Source of the DNA: an uncultured Planctomycetota bacterium
GTDB lineage: Bacteria > Planctomycetota > Planctomycetia > Pirellulales > Lacipirellulaceae
Length of the DNA: 64,000 bases
Reading direction: 5' to 3'
Assembly: GCA_963719315.1 (NCBI GenBank)
Contig: CAVRBU010000002.1
Span: forward strand, 640,001-704,000
In this document: positions 20,484 to 31,082 of the stretch, piece after piece
How positions within the stretch are numbered: position 1 is the stretch's first letter
Layout: each line of letters opens with the position of its first letter
Position numbers and translations under genes: made by a program
Notes under the pieces: model-generated
Seen by the model: only the letters and a program-made list of their open reading frames with translations
Database searches by the model: none
Told to the model about the DNA's origin: nothing

Positions 20484-21500
20484 CTATTTCTCTTGCGGTT
20501 CCAATCCGGGCATCGCGTCGCTCGATCCCAGCACAATGTCGTCCGGCCCCAGGCCGGCGGCCACTACCCCAAGCTTGTTGTGGAACAAATCGAAGTCGCC
20601 GCCGAAAGCAGGGGGCGAAGCGGTGGTAAAAGATGTTAGCGTTCCAGTTCGGCCGATGACTTGAACCACCGATCCCCGGTGATTTGCGCTCATCGCATTG
20701 AGCGGGTCGCCGGAGATGTCGCCGAAAACCGGATCGAGACCAGGTAGTCCAGTCGGGACATTGCGGGCATACACGTATTCGCCACCGATCAACTGCGGAA
20801 GGCGATACCCATAAGTAGGCGAGACTCCGGCAAATGCCCGCTTCAATTCAGCCGGCGACATCGCGCACACTTCCTCGCGCGAAGGTATATGAATCACCAA
20901 TCGCCCGGCGCGAATCTCATTCGCCGCCGGCGAAGCCGGACATACCACCAACAGGGCGAGCTCGTCTGGTTCGACGTAACCATCCTTCACCAGTTGTGCC
21001 GCAAACATACCCACCTTTTCGTTGGGCCGCACTTGTGGATAGTATCCGCCGTGGTCGAGCGCGTACTTAGAAACGAGCACCCACAATTGGTACTGATTGT
21101 ATTGGCAGACCGTCCGCCGCGTGCCGTCGCGGCTATCGCGGAGCGCCGGAAAAACCAGCATGCTCACCGCCAGCATCACGCCGCCGGCAACCGCCAGGTC
21201 CGCGAGGCTCCAACCCAACACGCCGGCCGGCGGATCGCCCGACGCCATCATCCCTTTCGAGCCAAACGACATCGCTTCCAACTCGTACTCGTCGGAATCC
21301 GCGATCACTTGGGCCGTCCGCTCGGCCAATCGCCCCGGCGGCAACGGCTCGGCATCGTCGTCCTGGTTCGCGGCAAAGCACTCCCGCAATTGGGCCAGCT
21401 CGCGCTGCAACTCCGGGTTATCTCGGAGCAGTGTTCGCAGCTCGCGCCGTTCGTCCGCGTCGAGTTCACCCAACAGATAGCGGATCAGCTGTTCGCGCAT
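20484..21500 (-). CDS. Putative anti-sigma factor with TM and DUF1559/pilin-like domain
   Basis: MREQLIRYLLGELDADERREL anti-sigma-like N-terminus; GWSLADLAVAGGV...FPALRDSR...RRTVCQYN; follows the ECF sigma gene. Confidence 0.75.
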   Translation of the reverse strand: MREQLIRYLLGELDADERRELRTLLRDNPELQRELAQLRECFAANQDDDAEPLPPGRLAERTAQVIADSDEYELEAMSFGSKGMMASGDPPAGVLGWSLADLAVAGGVMLAVSMLVFPALRDSRDGTRRTVCQYNQYQLWVLVSKYALDHGGYYPQVRPNEKVGMFAAQLVKDGYVEPDELALLVVCPASPAANEIRAGRLVIHIPSREEVCAMSPAELKRAFAGVSPTYGYRLPQLIGGEYVYARNVPTGLPGLDPVFGDISGDPLNAMSANHRGSVVQVIGRTGTLTSFTTASPPAFGGDFDLFHNKLGVVAAGLGPDDIVLGSSDAMPGLEPQEK

Positions 21501-21630
21501 CGCCTGCCGCCGCCGAAAATGATTTTGAAAAACGAATAAAGAGAGCCCGCCCCGCGGCGAGCTCTCCGTAGCTACTACTGAATTATACGTCGAACGCACA
21601 CTGCTTGTTCGCCTAGCATGCGAAGTTCAA

Positions 21631-22284
21631 CTAGTTTCCCGGCGTGGTCTGGGTTTCTTCCCAGGCCTGGCCCAGCCGCTTTACGGCCGAATGGAGCCGG
21701 CTCTTGACCGTTCCGACCGGCACATCCAGTTCGTCCGCGGCTTCGCGATATTTCATTCCCCGGAAGTAAACCAGCTTCACGGCCGACTGCAACTGCTCAG
21801 GCAGCGCAGCCACCGCTCGGCGGACCCATTCCTTCCGCTCTCCCGTTTCCAAATCGCTCGCCGGCTCACTCTCGCGGCCGCTCAGCAAATCGACCAGCGA
21901 GCCCAATTCATCGTGCTGTACCCGGTTCGGCCGATCGAGGCTCACCAGCCGGTGCCGCCGATTGCGGCGCTGAATATCAATCGCTTGATTGGTCGCAACC
22001 GTGTACAGCCAAGGCCGCACCTTCCGCGTGGCATCGTAAAGATGGCACTTCAGGTGCAACTGCATAAACGTGGCTTGAAACGCATCTTCCGCCAATGCCT
22101 GATTGCTCAGAAATCGGCGTAGGTAATTATAAAGCTCTCGCTCATACCGCTTGACCAGTGTTTCGAAGACTTTCGAGTTGCCGGTCAACCGGTATTCGAG
22201 CAGCAGTTCCTCGTCCGTCATTTGACCGACGTCGATCGTGGGAACAGCCAATTTCGGGCGATCGTCCGTGTGAAGCTTTGTCAT
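21631..22284 (-). CDS. ECF RNA polymerase sigma factor
   Basis: AEDAFQATF, RPWLYTVATNQAID, GMKYREAADELDVPVGTVKSRLH. Confidence 0.95.
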   Translation of the reverse strand: MTKLHTDDRPKLAVPTIDVGQMTDEELLLEYRLTGNSKVFETLVKRYERELYNYLRRFLSNQALAEDAFQATFMQLHLKCHLYDATRKVRPWLYTVATNQAIDIQRRNRRHRLVSLDRPNRVQHDELGSLVDLLSGRESEPASDLETGERKEWVRRAVAALPEQLQSAVKLVYFRGMKYREAADELDVPVGTVKSRLHSAVKRLGQAWEETQTTPGN

Positions 22285-22854
22285 CGTTACGAACCTCTTT
22301 GAAAGAGGGTTCGACGCAATAGGGAGAAGTTTTCCCTCTTCTCCGTCGTCAGGAATAGTGACCGGTAACCCTTGCATTCTAACGCCTGCAAATCCTTGGG
22401 TCGCCGGTTTGGGGAGCAGAAAGCCGCAGAAGGCCATTTTGGCCAGTCACCGGTCTTCCACCGTCCCGAATGATGCAAATCGCAAGTGGTGTGCCGAATT
22501 GCCCTATCGACATCCGCCAGCAGCCTGCTACGATCCGCTTAAGTGTTGCGTTCGTAAGCACTTAGGAAATCCTTTCGGACGGCCGCTTGTTAAACTGGAT
22601 AAGATACCCGCCACCCATCGCCTGCCAATATTGCATTCGCCGTAGGTCGGACTTACTTGCCAGCGTTGCGGATTTGACCATGCTAGTGATCCGTTCCGCG
22701 ACAGTTTAGGCTGTCAGCAAGCCGGAAAAACAGCCCCGCCATCGGGAGACCATATTTACGATGCCGGCCGCCAAAACCGCCTTGCGGAAAAAACCGGAGC
22801 CGGAAGCAACAGATAACTTCTGTTTCCTCCTGTCTAATGCCATTTGCTCAAAAA

Positions 22855-22956
22855 GTAGGTCCCTTCTGCCGGAAGGGACCTTAGTGAACGCGTTATGTTG
22901 TGAGTAGGTTTTATGTTGTGAATAGGTTCAGGTCCCGCTCGGCAAGCGGGACCTAC
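22855..22956. repeat. BIME-like heterodimeric GTAG REP doublet (family A)
   Basis: GTAGGTCCCTTCTGCCGGAAGGGACC ... GGTCCCGCTCGGCAAGCGGGACCTAC; reverse orientation of the copies at 33740 and 39065. Confidence 0.85.
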
Positions 22957-23036
22957 TTGCGGACAAAGCCCTATTCAATGAATTGCTGTTTGTTCAGTTG
23001 TTAAGGTAACGTTATTTACCGGGATTGTAATTGAAA

Positions 23037-24227
23037 GTGGCTTCCGAAACTAAAAACACGCCCGCTTCCGTCGATTTGCCAATTTCGGCCACTGACACCG
23101 CCCTTGAACCGCAATCCGAAGCGCAATCGCCCGAGCAGCGGGCCGAAGCCCGTCGCTACAGCCACATTTCGCTGGCCTGCACGCTGGTCGATATGGCAAT
23201 CGACCTCGTCTACCTGGGCCTGATGGCGTTCGTCTTCGCCCGCCCGATCGACGCCTGGCTCGCCAGCTTTCCGTCCCTCGCAGGCGAGCAGTCGATACTG
23301 CGGCTGATCGCACTCTTCTGCATCGTCATGCTGCTCCACATACTGGTCTCGCTACCTCTCTCGTTTTATTCCCACTACGTCGTCGAGCATCAGTTCGGTC
23401 TCAGCAATCAATCGCTACGCCGCTGGCTGCGCAACTGGTCGCTCAGCAACGTGCTCACGATCGCGCTCGGCATTGTGCTGAACGTCGGCCTGTTCTGGAT
23501 CATCTGGCACACCGGCGCCTACTGGTGGTTGATCGCCGCCGCCGCTTTCTTCGTTGTCAGCATCGTCCTCGGCCAACTCGCGCCGGTGCTCATCATGCCG
23601 CTGTTCTACAAAATCGAACCGATCGAAGACGCCGAACTCGACACTCGCATGAAGGAACTGGCAAAGGGCACTGGTCTCACGATCGAAGGCGTCTACCGAC
23701 TCGGCCTCAGCGCCGACACGCAAAAAGCCAACGCCATGCTCGCCGGCCTTGGCCGTACGCGCCGCGTGTTGATGGGCGATACGCTCCTGGAAAAATTCTC
23801 GCCCGACGAAATCGACGTGATCTTCGCCCACGAACTCGGCCACCACGTCCACCGACACATTCCCAAAATGATCGCGACCGGCGTCGTCGTAAGCCTCGCC
23901 GGTTTCTACCTGATTGACCGCGTGCTCGTCTGGTGGGCCGACATTCCCACCGCCGCTTCCGCGCCGACCGCCGCCCTGCCCCTCGTCATGTTCACGCTGA
24001 CCGTTTTCTCACTCGCCCTCTCACCAATACAAAACGCCATCAGCCGCTTCTACGAACGCCAAAGCGACCGCTACGCCCTAACGCGCACGCACGACCCCAC
24101 GGCCTATCGCTCCGCCTTCTGGAAACTAGCCCGCCTCAACAAAGCCGACACCGAGCCGCACTGGCTCGAAGTAATCATGCTGCACAGCCACCCACCGATC
24201 GCGGAACGGCTAGCGATGGCAGATTGA
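23037..24227 (+). CDS. M48 (Ste24/HtpX-like) membrane metallopeptidase
   Basis: NAMLAGLGRTRRVLMGDTL, HELGH, E.QSD, SHPPIAERL. Confidence 0.93.
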   Translation: MASETKNTPASVDLPISATDTALEPQSEAQSPEQRAEARRYSHISLACTLVDMAIDLVYLGLMAFVFARPIDAWLASFPSLAGEQSILRLIALFCIVMLLHILVSLPLSFYSHYVVEHQFGLSNQSLRRWLRNWSLSNVLTIALGIVLNVGLFWIIWHTGAYWWLIAAAAFFVVSIVLGQLAPVLIMPLFYKIEPIEDAELDTRMKELAKGTGLTIEGVYRLGLSADTQKANAMLAGLGRTRRVLMGDTLLEKFSPDEIDVIFAHELGHHVHRHIPKMIATGVVVSLAGFYLIDRVLVWWADIPTAASAPTAALPLVMFTLTVFSLALSPIQNAISRFYERQSDRYALTRTHDPTAYRSAFWKLARLNKADTEPHWLEVIMLHSHPPIAERLAMAD

Positions 24228-24748
24228 GTGCCAACTTCGATTGTGCTGGGGGAAAACGTCATTTTTTGGCAGGAGGTTAAGAACTGGGCGAACTATTTCT
24301 TAAGTCCCTGATTGATCTTCGTATCCTGCCAATTCGGATTTCAAACGCAATGCCCCCGCATGTTCAGGATGAATTGTTAGCACTGCGTCGGCGTCGCGTA
24401 GTGCTTCACGAAATTCGCCACGGTACTTATTTACTTGTGCTCGCGAGAATAGATGCTCAATTCCATCAGCGTCTAGTCGTATAGCTTCGTCGAGGTCCGT
24501 GATTGCTTCGCCATATCGCTTTAGTCTGCCAAAAGAGAATGCGCGGACATTCAGAAGATTGGCGGTGTGGCGCGGCTCCGATTCTGGAAGTGCGAGACCA
24601 TTTGAAGCTGCTTGAATCGCTTCTTCGTATTCACCGACATGATTCAATGCATAAGCCAGATTCCAGTATGCTCGCTGAAAGCTCGGATCCAATTCGATAG
24701 CACGGCGGTACGCCCGCATTGCTTGGTCCCAACGTTGAAGTCGGCTTA

Positions 24749-26590
24749 GGACCTATCCCAAAATTCCACATCGCCTTAAGGCGATGAGGGCGAATTGTAG
24801 ATGAACGAACCCAAGATAGTTAGCCGCCTTCTTTTCCCAACGGATCAGGAGCCTGCGGGCGCGGTTGGTCCAAGAATGCGCGGCTTCGACAACCCAGCGT
24901 CGAGCTTTGTGGCCGGCGCGACAGCGACGCTGCTCCTCGCCACGGCAGCGGATGTGAGGCACGTACCCGAAACGATTCGCCGTAGCTGTCGACGGTTCGC
25001 CAAAGTATCCCTTGTCGAGACACAGGTGCTGCTTGCGCCGACGGCTGGGTCGTCGAATCGGGATGGAGCGAAGCGTGTCGCGCAGAAGACGTTGGTCGTG
25101 AGCATTGGCGCCGTCAATCGCGACGCCCAGAGGAACGCCGCGGGCGTCGGTCAAGACCGATCGCTTGACTCCGAGCTTACCTCGATCGGTGGGGTTTTTC
25201 CCGGTTTTTTTCCCCTCCCAGCGGCGACTTAGGACCTATCCCAAAATACGTGAACGGGTGTTATTTCCGTGCGTAGGAAAAGGTGAGGAATGGTTTCCGT
25301 TCGAATCTCGTCTTTGCTTGCACGGAGGTGTACATGCACTGCGATTGGCAGGGCAAATTTGCTTGGATGCCCGAAAAGCTTTGGCGGCAGCTTGAACCCT
25401 TGCTGCCGAAGTATCCGCGATCCACGAAGGTTGGGCGACCCCGCGCGAATCTGCGCCCGTTGCCAGCGGCATTCTTTATCTGTTGCGCACCGGCTGCCAG
25501 TGGAAGGCGCTGCCGCCACAATTTGGCAGCCCCAGTACCGTTCATCGCTATTTCCAAGAGTGGACTCGCCTGGGTATTTGGCAACGGTTTTGGAAACGGG
25601 CGCTGGGGAAGTACGATCAGAAGCGCGGCATCGCTTGGCGCTGGCAGTCGGTGGACGGCGCGACAACTAAGTCGCCGCTGGGAGGGGAAAAAAACCGGGA
25701 AAAACCCCACCGATCGAGGTAAGCTCGGAGTCAAGCGATCGGTCTTGACCGACGCCCGCGGCGTTCCTCTGGGCGTCGCGATTGACGGCGCCAATGCTCA
25801 CGACCAACGTCTTCTGCGCGACACGCTTCGCTCCATCCCGATTCGACGACCCAGCCGTCGGCGCAAGCAGCACCTGTGTCTCGACAAGGGATACTTTGGC
25901 GAACCGTCGACAGCTACGGCGAATCGTTTCGGGTACGTGCCTCACATCCGCTGCCGTGGCGAGGAGCAGCGTCGCTGTCGCGCCGGCCACAAAGCTCGAC
26001 GCTGGGTTGTCGAAGCCGCGCATTCTTGGACCAACCGCGCCCGCAGGCTCCTGATCCGTTGGGAAAAGAAGGCGGCTAACTATCTTGGGTTCGTTCATCT
26101 ACAATTCGCCCTCATCGCCTTAAGGCGATGTGGAATTTTGGGATAGGTCCTTAGTTGTCGCGCCGTCCACCGACTGCCAGCGCCAAGCGATGCCGCGCTT
26201 CTGATCGTACTTCCCCAGCGCCCGTTTCCAAAACCGTTGCCAAATACCCAGGCGAGTCCACTCTTGGAAATAGCGATGAACGGTACTGGGGCTGCCAAAT
26301 TGTGGCGGCAGCGCCTTCCACTGGCAGCCGGTGCGCAACAGATAAAGAATGCCGCTGGCAACGGTGCGCAGATTCGCGCGGGGTCGCCCAACCTTCGTGG
26401 ATCGCGGATACTTCGGCAGCAAGGGTTCAAGCTGCCGCCAAAGCTTTTCGGGCATCCAAGCAAATTTGCCCTGCCAATCGCAGTGCATGTACACCTCCGT
26501 GCAAGCAAAGACGAGATTCGAACGGAAACCATTCCTCACCTCTTCCTACGCACGGAAATAACACCCGTTCACGTATTTTGGGATAGGTCC
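24749..26590 (-). mobile_element. IS5-family element (outer copy, 920 bp when reconstructed), interrupted by an inner copy
   Basis: 16-bp TIR GGACCTATCCCAAAAT at both ends; TTA target duplication at 24746-48 and 26591-93; LRTGCQWKALP and RWVVE..HSW motifs. Confidence 0.95.
25232..26150 (+). mobile_element. IS5-family element (inner copy, 919 bp, inverted)
   Basis: Same TIRs; TTA duplication at 25229-31 and 26151-53; orfA/orfB overlap at GGGGAAAAAAAC (~25684-25695); one base shorter than the outer copy near 25457. Confidence 0.95.
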
Positions 26591-27741
26591 TTAATTGATA
26601 GCCTTGATCGTTTGCATCTTTCGCAGTGTCGCTCAGTTTTTCAATTTCTGGCCAATTCATGGAAAACATTCGACGAGTAATACCAAGTCGTTCCCCACAT
26701 TGACTGCAGAATCGGCTCGACTCCGGCACGCGGCTTCCACAACTCGGACAATCTAGAAACGGCGATACTGCCGCCAACGCTTGATTTGCTTCTTTTGCCG
26801 ACCCGTAGCGCGATGTTCGCTCTCGCTCAAGAAGTCTCATGACTACAGCCGCATACTCACGATAAAGTCGAGCGTCACTCGCAGCTAAATGAGACGGGGG
26901 TTTTAATTGCTGCGGTAAGTAGTCATCGTCCCGTAAAAGCTCGTCAATCTGAAATAGTCCACTAGGGTGTGAATACGGATGTCGCCCGGAAAGTAGAAGA
27001 TAGCCCGTTATTCCCATCATGAATAAATCGGAAGAGAAGTCAGCATCCTCGCCACGCGCCTGTTCAGGAGACATAAAGTCGGGCGTTCCCGTACCGCCCT
27101 GTTTTTGCGATGAACCTTCTTGCTCTTCACCAGTTCCGATTACGCGAGCAATGCCAAGGTCCGCGATCTTCGGTATGCGACTTTTGGTTAAAAGTATGTT
27201 TGCCGGCTTTAGATCTCGGTGACATATTCCTTGTGCGTGCGCAAACGCAAGGCCTGACAAAATTTCTCGTAGCACTGAAATTGACTGTTCGAGTGGAATG
27301 TTTTGGCTATTTAGTGCGTTCTGACGCAGCTCATCCCAAAGCGACATTCCGTCCACGTATTCGAGTACCAGAAATATATCATCGTCCTCAGGAATAATCT
27401 GATACACCTGTACGATGTTTGTGTGAATTAGTTTTGCGCCACGCTGAGCTTCTTCTCTGAATTGGTTTAACTCTTCGGGCGATAGACTTTGGCCTCGTCG
27501 AAGTGGACGTTTGATGGCAACATCTCGATTTAAATGCGTGTCCACAGCTTTCCAAACCACAGCCGACCCACCTGTGCCGATTTGATCTTCGAGCACAAAT
27601 TCTTTCAGCTTCACGCCTTTCTTCAGGACGATCATTTCTGCCAACTTTCTGCAAGAGCACGCCTTGCGTCTTTTTGATCCCGAATAGGATGGATCACGCA
27701 ATCGATGAGATTCAAGATATATGCATATTGCATCCCCGTTG

Positions 27742-28860
27742 CTATGTTCGCACGACCTGCGTCCCGCTCACCCGCCGCACGAGGCGCCGCATTTCCAGCA
27801 CGCTAATCGTTGAAAGCACGCGATGAATCGGCAGGCCGCTAGCCTTCATAATGGCATCCATCGACGTCGGCGAGCCGTCGATCGTTGCCAGAACTTGCTG
27901 CTCGATTTCGTTGAGCGTCAATTCGGCCGGCTTGGTAAGGAGGGTGCCGTCGTCGCGCTGAATGTTTTCCGCCAATGGACCGAGTTCGGCCAGTACGTCG
28001 TCGATCGACTCGACCAACTTCGCCCCGTCTTTGATGAGCGCGTGACATCCGCGCGACAACCGGCTATCAATCGGCCCCGGCACGGCGAACACCTCGCGCC
28101 CTTGTTCGTAGGCGTGCCGGGCTGTGATCAGTGCGCCCGACCGCTCGGCCGCTTCAACCACAATCGTGCCCAGCGTCAGTCCGCTGATGATCCGGTTACG
28201 CTGCGGAAATGCGCCGCTGAGCGGCATCATCCGCGGCGGCGATTCGCTCAGCAGATATCCGCTCGCCGACACTTCGTCGGCCAGCTTCTCGTGCTCCGGT
28301 GGGTAGATTTCCAGCAGTCCGCTGGCCAACACGGCAATCGTCCGCCCGCCGGCCGCGAGCGCGCCGCGATGGGCCGCCGCATCGATTCCCCGCGCTAGCC
28401 CGCTCACCACCGTAAATCCGGTCCGCGCGAGGCTTCCCGCCAACCTCTCGGCATGTGCTAACCCGTATCGCGAGGCATGCCGCGTGCCGACGATCGCCAC
28501 CGCCATCTCGTCCTGAGCGTTCGGCTTGCCGCGCCGAAACAACACGCCGGGCGGATCGTGTATCTGCCGAAGCGGCCGTGGATAGTCGGCGCTCAACTCG
28601 GTAAGCACGTCAATGCCGTGCTCCGCCGCAATTTGCAGTTCGAGCTCCGCGTTGATCTCCTCGTTCGCCGCCACGATCCGAGACGCCGTCTTCGGCCCGA
28701 TGCCCTGCACGGCTTGCAACTCGTCCTTGCCGGCCGCCAGCACCGCGGTGGGTGTGCGGAATCGCTCCAACAGCGCCTTCCGCAGCAGTGGTCCCACTCC
28801 CGACACGAGCGATAACCGCAGACTTTCGACAAGCTCATCGGCAAAAGCGGTTTCGGCCAT
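27742..28860 (-). CDS. dprA: DNA-processing protein DprA
   Basis: AIVGTR, VSGLARGIDAAAH, FPQRNRIISG, EAAERSGALITA, GREVFAVPG. Confidence 0.97.
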   Translation of the reverse strand: MAETAFADELVESLRLSLVSGVGPLLRKALLERFRTPTAVLAAGKDELQAVQGIGPKTASRIVAANEEINAELELQIAAEHGIDVLTELSADYPRPLRQIHDPPGVLFRRGKPNAQDEMAVAIVGTRHASRYGLAHAERLAGSLARTGFTVVSGLARGIDAAAHRGALAAGGRTIAVLASGLLEIYPPEHEKLADEVSASGYLLSESPPRMMPLSGAFPQRNRIISGLTLGTIVVEAAERSGALITARHAYEQGREVFAVPGPIDSRLSRGCHALIKDGAKLVESIDDVLAELGPLAENIQRDDGTLLTKPAELTLNEIEQQVLATIDGSPTSMDAIMKASGLPIHRVLSTISVLEMRRLVRRVSGTQVVRT

Positions 28861-28941
28861 GCGCGCACCCCAAACGTGAACGCTCAGTCTAACGGCCGTG
28901 GCGCATCGAAGAAAGTATTGCCGACGGCAAATGGCGTGGCT

Positions 28942-29493
28942 CTATCGAAACAATTCATCCGCGTCACATGAAAAGCCGGGCACTACGGGGTCGCCGACGA
29001 GCGTTTCGCCCGCCGCAACTATCCGCACGTTCGTCGGCGATAGGTAGATCGTGACGGTCTTCAATTTCGGATCGACGACCCAAACTGCGGCGCTACCAGA
29101 CGCGAGCCACTCTTCGACTTTTTCGGCGACCTCGCCCGAAGTGTCGCGGGGTGAAAGCACTTCTATGGCCAGGTCGGGCGCACCGGGCCAGTATGCTTCC
29201 GTCGGTTCAGTTCGCGGCAAATGAGCGTTCGCGATGAAGGCGAAATCGGGCGCACGAACGGTGTCTGGGTCACGCTTTAATAGGAAGCCGGTTTCGGCCC
29301 CGAACGCGCGGCCGCTTTTATTCTTGCGGACAAACGTCCCGAGGTGTGACGCGATATTGGCCGCGACCCCACCATGCCGCCATCCAGCGGGTGACATCAC
29401 GCGAAGTTCTCCTGCTACGAGTTCGTACCGTTTGCCCATGCCGCTGGGCAAGGCTAACAATTCGTCGGCGGTGAAATAAGTAGTTGTGCTCAT
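28942..29493 (-). CDS. Uma2 (DUF820) family endonuclease
   Basis: YELVAG..MSP...H, VRAPDFAF, PDLAIEVLSP, VWVVDP. Confidence 0.93.
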   Translation of the reverse strand: MSTTTYFTADELLALPSGMGKRYELVAGELRVMSPAGWRHGGVAANIASHLGTFVRKNKSGRAFGAETGFLLKRDPDTVRAPDFAFIANAHLPRTEPTEAYWPGAPDLAIEVLSPRDTSGEVAEKVEEWLASGSAAVWVVDPKLKTVTIYLSPTNVRIVAAGETLVGDPVVPGFSCDADELFR

Positions 29494-29549
29494 AGGCACA
29501 TTATATCACGCAAGAAAACCTCGGTCTGCCTATGTCTGCGGTGATTTGC

Positions 29550-30629
29550 TTATTCTGCCATCGCGGCGACGACATCGTTATTCTTCACATCGCGCACCAA
29601 TTCCACGTGCCCCATCCGCGTCGGCAGCACGAACCGCAGCTTCCCGCGCTCTACTTTCTTGTCGCGGTACATAAGTTCGATAAGTTCATCGCGGTCGACG
29701 TCCGGCACGTCGAGCGACAGTCCCGCCGCCTCCAATAACTTGCGTTGCCGTTCGACGAACGCCGCATCGACTCGCTTCATCCGCTCGGCCAGCCGCGCGG
29801 CGCACATCATGCCAATCGCCACTCCTTCGCCGTGCAGCAGAGTTTCGTATCCGGTAGCCGCTTCGAAGGCGTGGCAGAATGTGTGGCCGTAGTTGAGGAT
29901 CGACCGCAGACCCGTTTCCTCGCGTTCGTCCTGCTCGACCACGTCGGCCTTCAGCCGGCAGCAACGCTCGACGATGTGCGTCAGCACCGCCGCATCCCGG
30001 GCGTTCACCTGCTTGATGTTCGTTTCCAGGTACGCGAAGAAGTCAGCGTCTTGAATCACGCCGTATTTCACGACCTCGGCCAGGCCGGCGCGATACTCGC
30101 GCACCGGCAGCGATTGCAGCATGTCCACGTCGACCAACACGCCGCGCGGCTGCCAGAACGCGCCGACCATATTCTTGCCGCCGGGCAAGTTGATGCCGAC
30201 CTTGCCGCCGACCGAGCTATCCACTTGCGCAAGCAGCGTCGTCGGAATCTGCACGAACCGCAGCCCGCGCCCGAACGTCGCTGCCACGAAGCCGGCCAGG
30301 TCGCCCACCACGCCGCCTCCGAGTGCCACGACCACGCTCTGCCGATCGGCCCCTTGGTCGAGCAGTTGCTCCCACAAATCGGCCGCCACGTCGCTGGCCT
30401 TGCTCTGCTCGCCCGCCTCGACAATTAGAATATCGATCTGGGCTCCCGCCTCCTGGAGCGCATCGCCCACCGGCTCGCTGTACAACTCCTCTACATTCGA
30501 GTCGGTAATGACGACCACATGCGCATCATCCTGCTCCGCATCGCAAAACTTGACCGCCTCGCGCAGGTTGCCGCTGCCGATCTCAATATCGTAACTCCGC
30601 GGACCGAGGTTGACGTGAACGGTGGGCAT
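29550..30629 (-). CDS. aroB: 3-dehydroquinate synthase
   Basis: GGGVVGDLAGF, PTTLLAQVDSSVGGK, LNYGHTFCH, HGEGV, DKK. Confidence 0.98.
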   Translation of the reverse strand: MPTVHVNLGPRSYDIEIGSGNLREAVKFCDAEQDDAHVVVITDSNVEELYSEPVGDALQEAGAQIDILIVEAGEQSKASDVAADLWEQLLDQGADRQSVVVALGGGVVGDLAGFVAATFGRGLRFVQIPTTLLAQVDSSVGGKVGINLPGGKNMVGAFWQPRGVLVDVDMLQSLPVREYRAGLAEVVKYGVIQDADFFAYLETNIKQVNARDAAVLTHIVERCCRLKADVVEQDEREETGLRSILNYGHTFCHAFEAATGYETLLHGEGVAIGMMCAARLAERMKRVDAAFVERQRKLLEAAGLSLDVPDVDRDELIELMYRDKKVERGKLRFVLPTRMGHVELVRDVKNNDVVAAMAE

Positions 30630-30639
30630 GGGAGGATTA

Positions 30640-30715
30640 GGTGTCAGGTGTCAGTTGTAAGTGATGGGTTTTAGCATTTTGGAAATCTGACACCTGACAC
30701 CCGAAACCCGACACC
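30640..30715. repeat. Inverted arrays of heptamer repeats (GGTGTCA / CTGACAC)
   Basis: GGTGTCAGGTGTCAG ... CTGACACCTGACACCCGAAACCCGACACC; the same unit recurs at 31742-31772. Confidence 0.75.
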
Positions 30716-30719
30716 TTCT

Positions 30720-30944
30720 TCACGTCGTTACCCGTGCGATATCATCCGGCGTCACTACGATCCGCCGGCAGAATCCCGTGTGCGTCCGCACGTACTCCAA
30801 CTGGTTGGCTTCTTCCGGCGCCTGATGCAGCAACCGCTCGACGCGGGCCCGCTCGTCTGGCTCCCAATCGTCGTACTCCTCCGGCCACTGGGTCTCGACT
30901 TCCACGATGAGCGCTTCGCGATACGGATCAAATTTATCGGCCAT
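30720..30944 (-). CDS. Small acidic hypothetical protein
   Basis: 74 aa, ATG start, typical codon usage, co-oriented with aroB. Confidence 0.75.
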   Translation of the reverse strand: MADKFDPYREALIVEVETQWPEEYDDWEPDERARVERLLHQAPEEANQLEYVRTHTGFCRRIVVTPDDIARVTT

Positions 30945-30955
30945 GGCGGCGGTTG

Positions 30956-31060
30956 GGTGAGTAGGTGAGTGGTGAGTAAGTGAATAGGTTTAAAGCGAAG
31001 CCGGCTACATACTCACCGACTCACTGGGCACCATCTAATGAGATGGTCCACCTACTCACC
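30956..31060. repeat. Short GGTGAGT(A) tandem repeats with inverted ACTCACC copies
   Basis: GGTGAGTAGGTGAGTGGTGAGTAAGTGAATAGG ... ACTCACC ... CTACTCACC. Confidence 0.6.
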
Positions 31061-31082
31061 CAACAAGTATACTGAACCAACG

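Larger units (their letters stand above)
24300..27635 (-). pseudogene. Ser/Thr kinase-zinc ribbon-TPR gene interrupted by nested IS5
   Basis: Kinase motifs (IGTGGSAVV, HRDLKPAN, DLG, GTPDFMSPEQ) and CPSC/CSQC. Removing 24749-26593 restores ...GYQL-SRLQRWDQAMRAY... in frame with the TPR ORF 24300-24719. Lower GC than the flanks. Confidence 0.92.

Noticed and set aside
27742..28860. dprA + Tad pilus + nuclease as a competence locus
   Set aside because: The genes are 15-25 kb apart with unrelated genes between, and no comEA/comEC is present.
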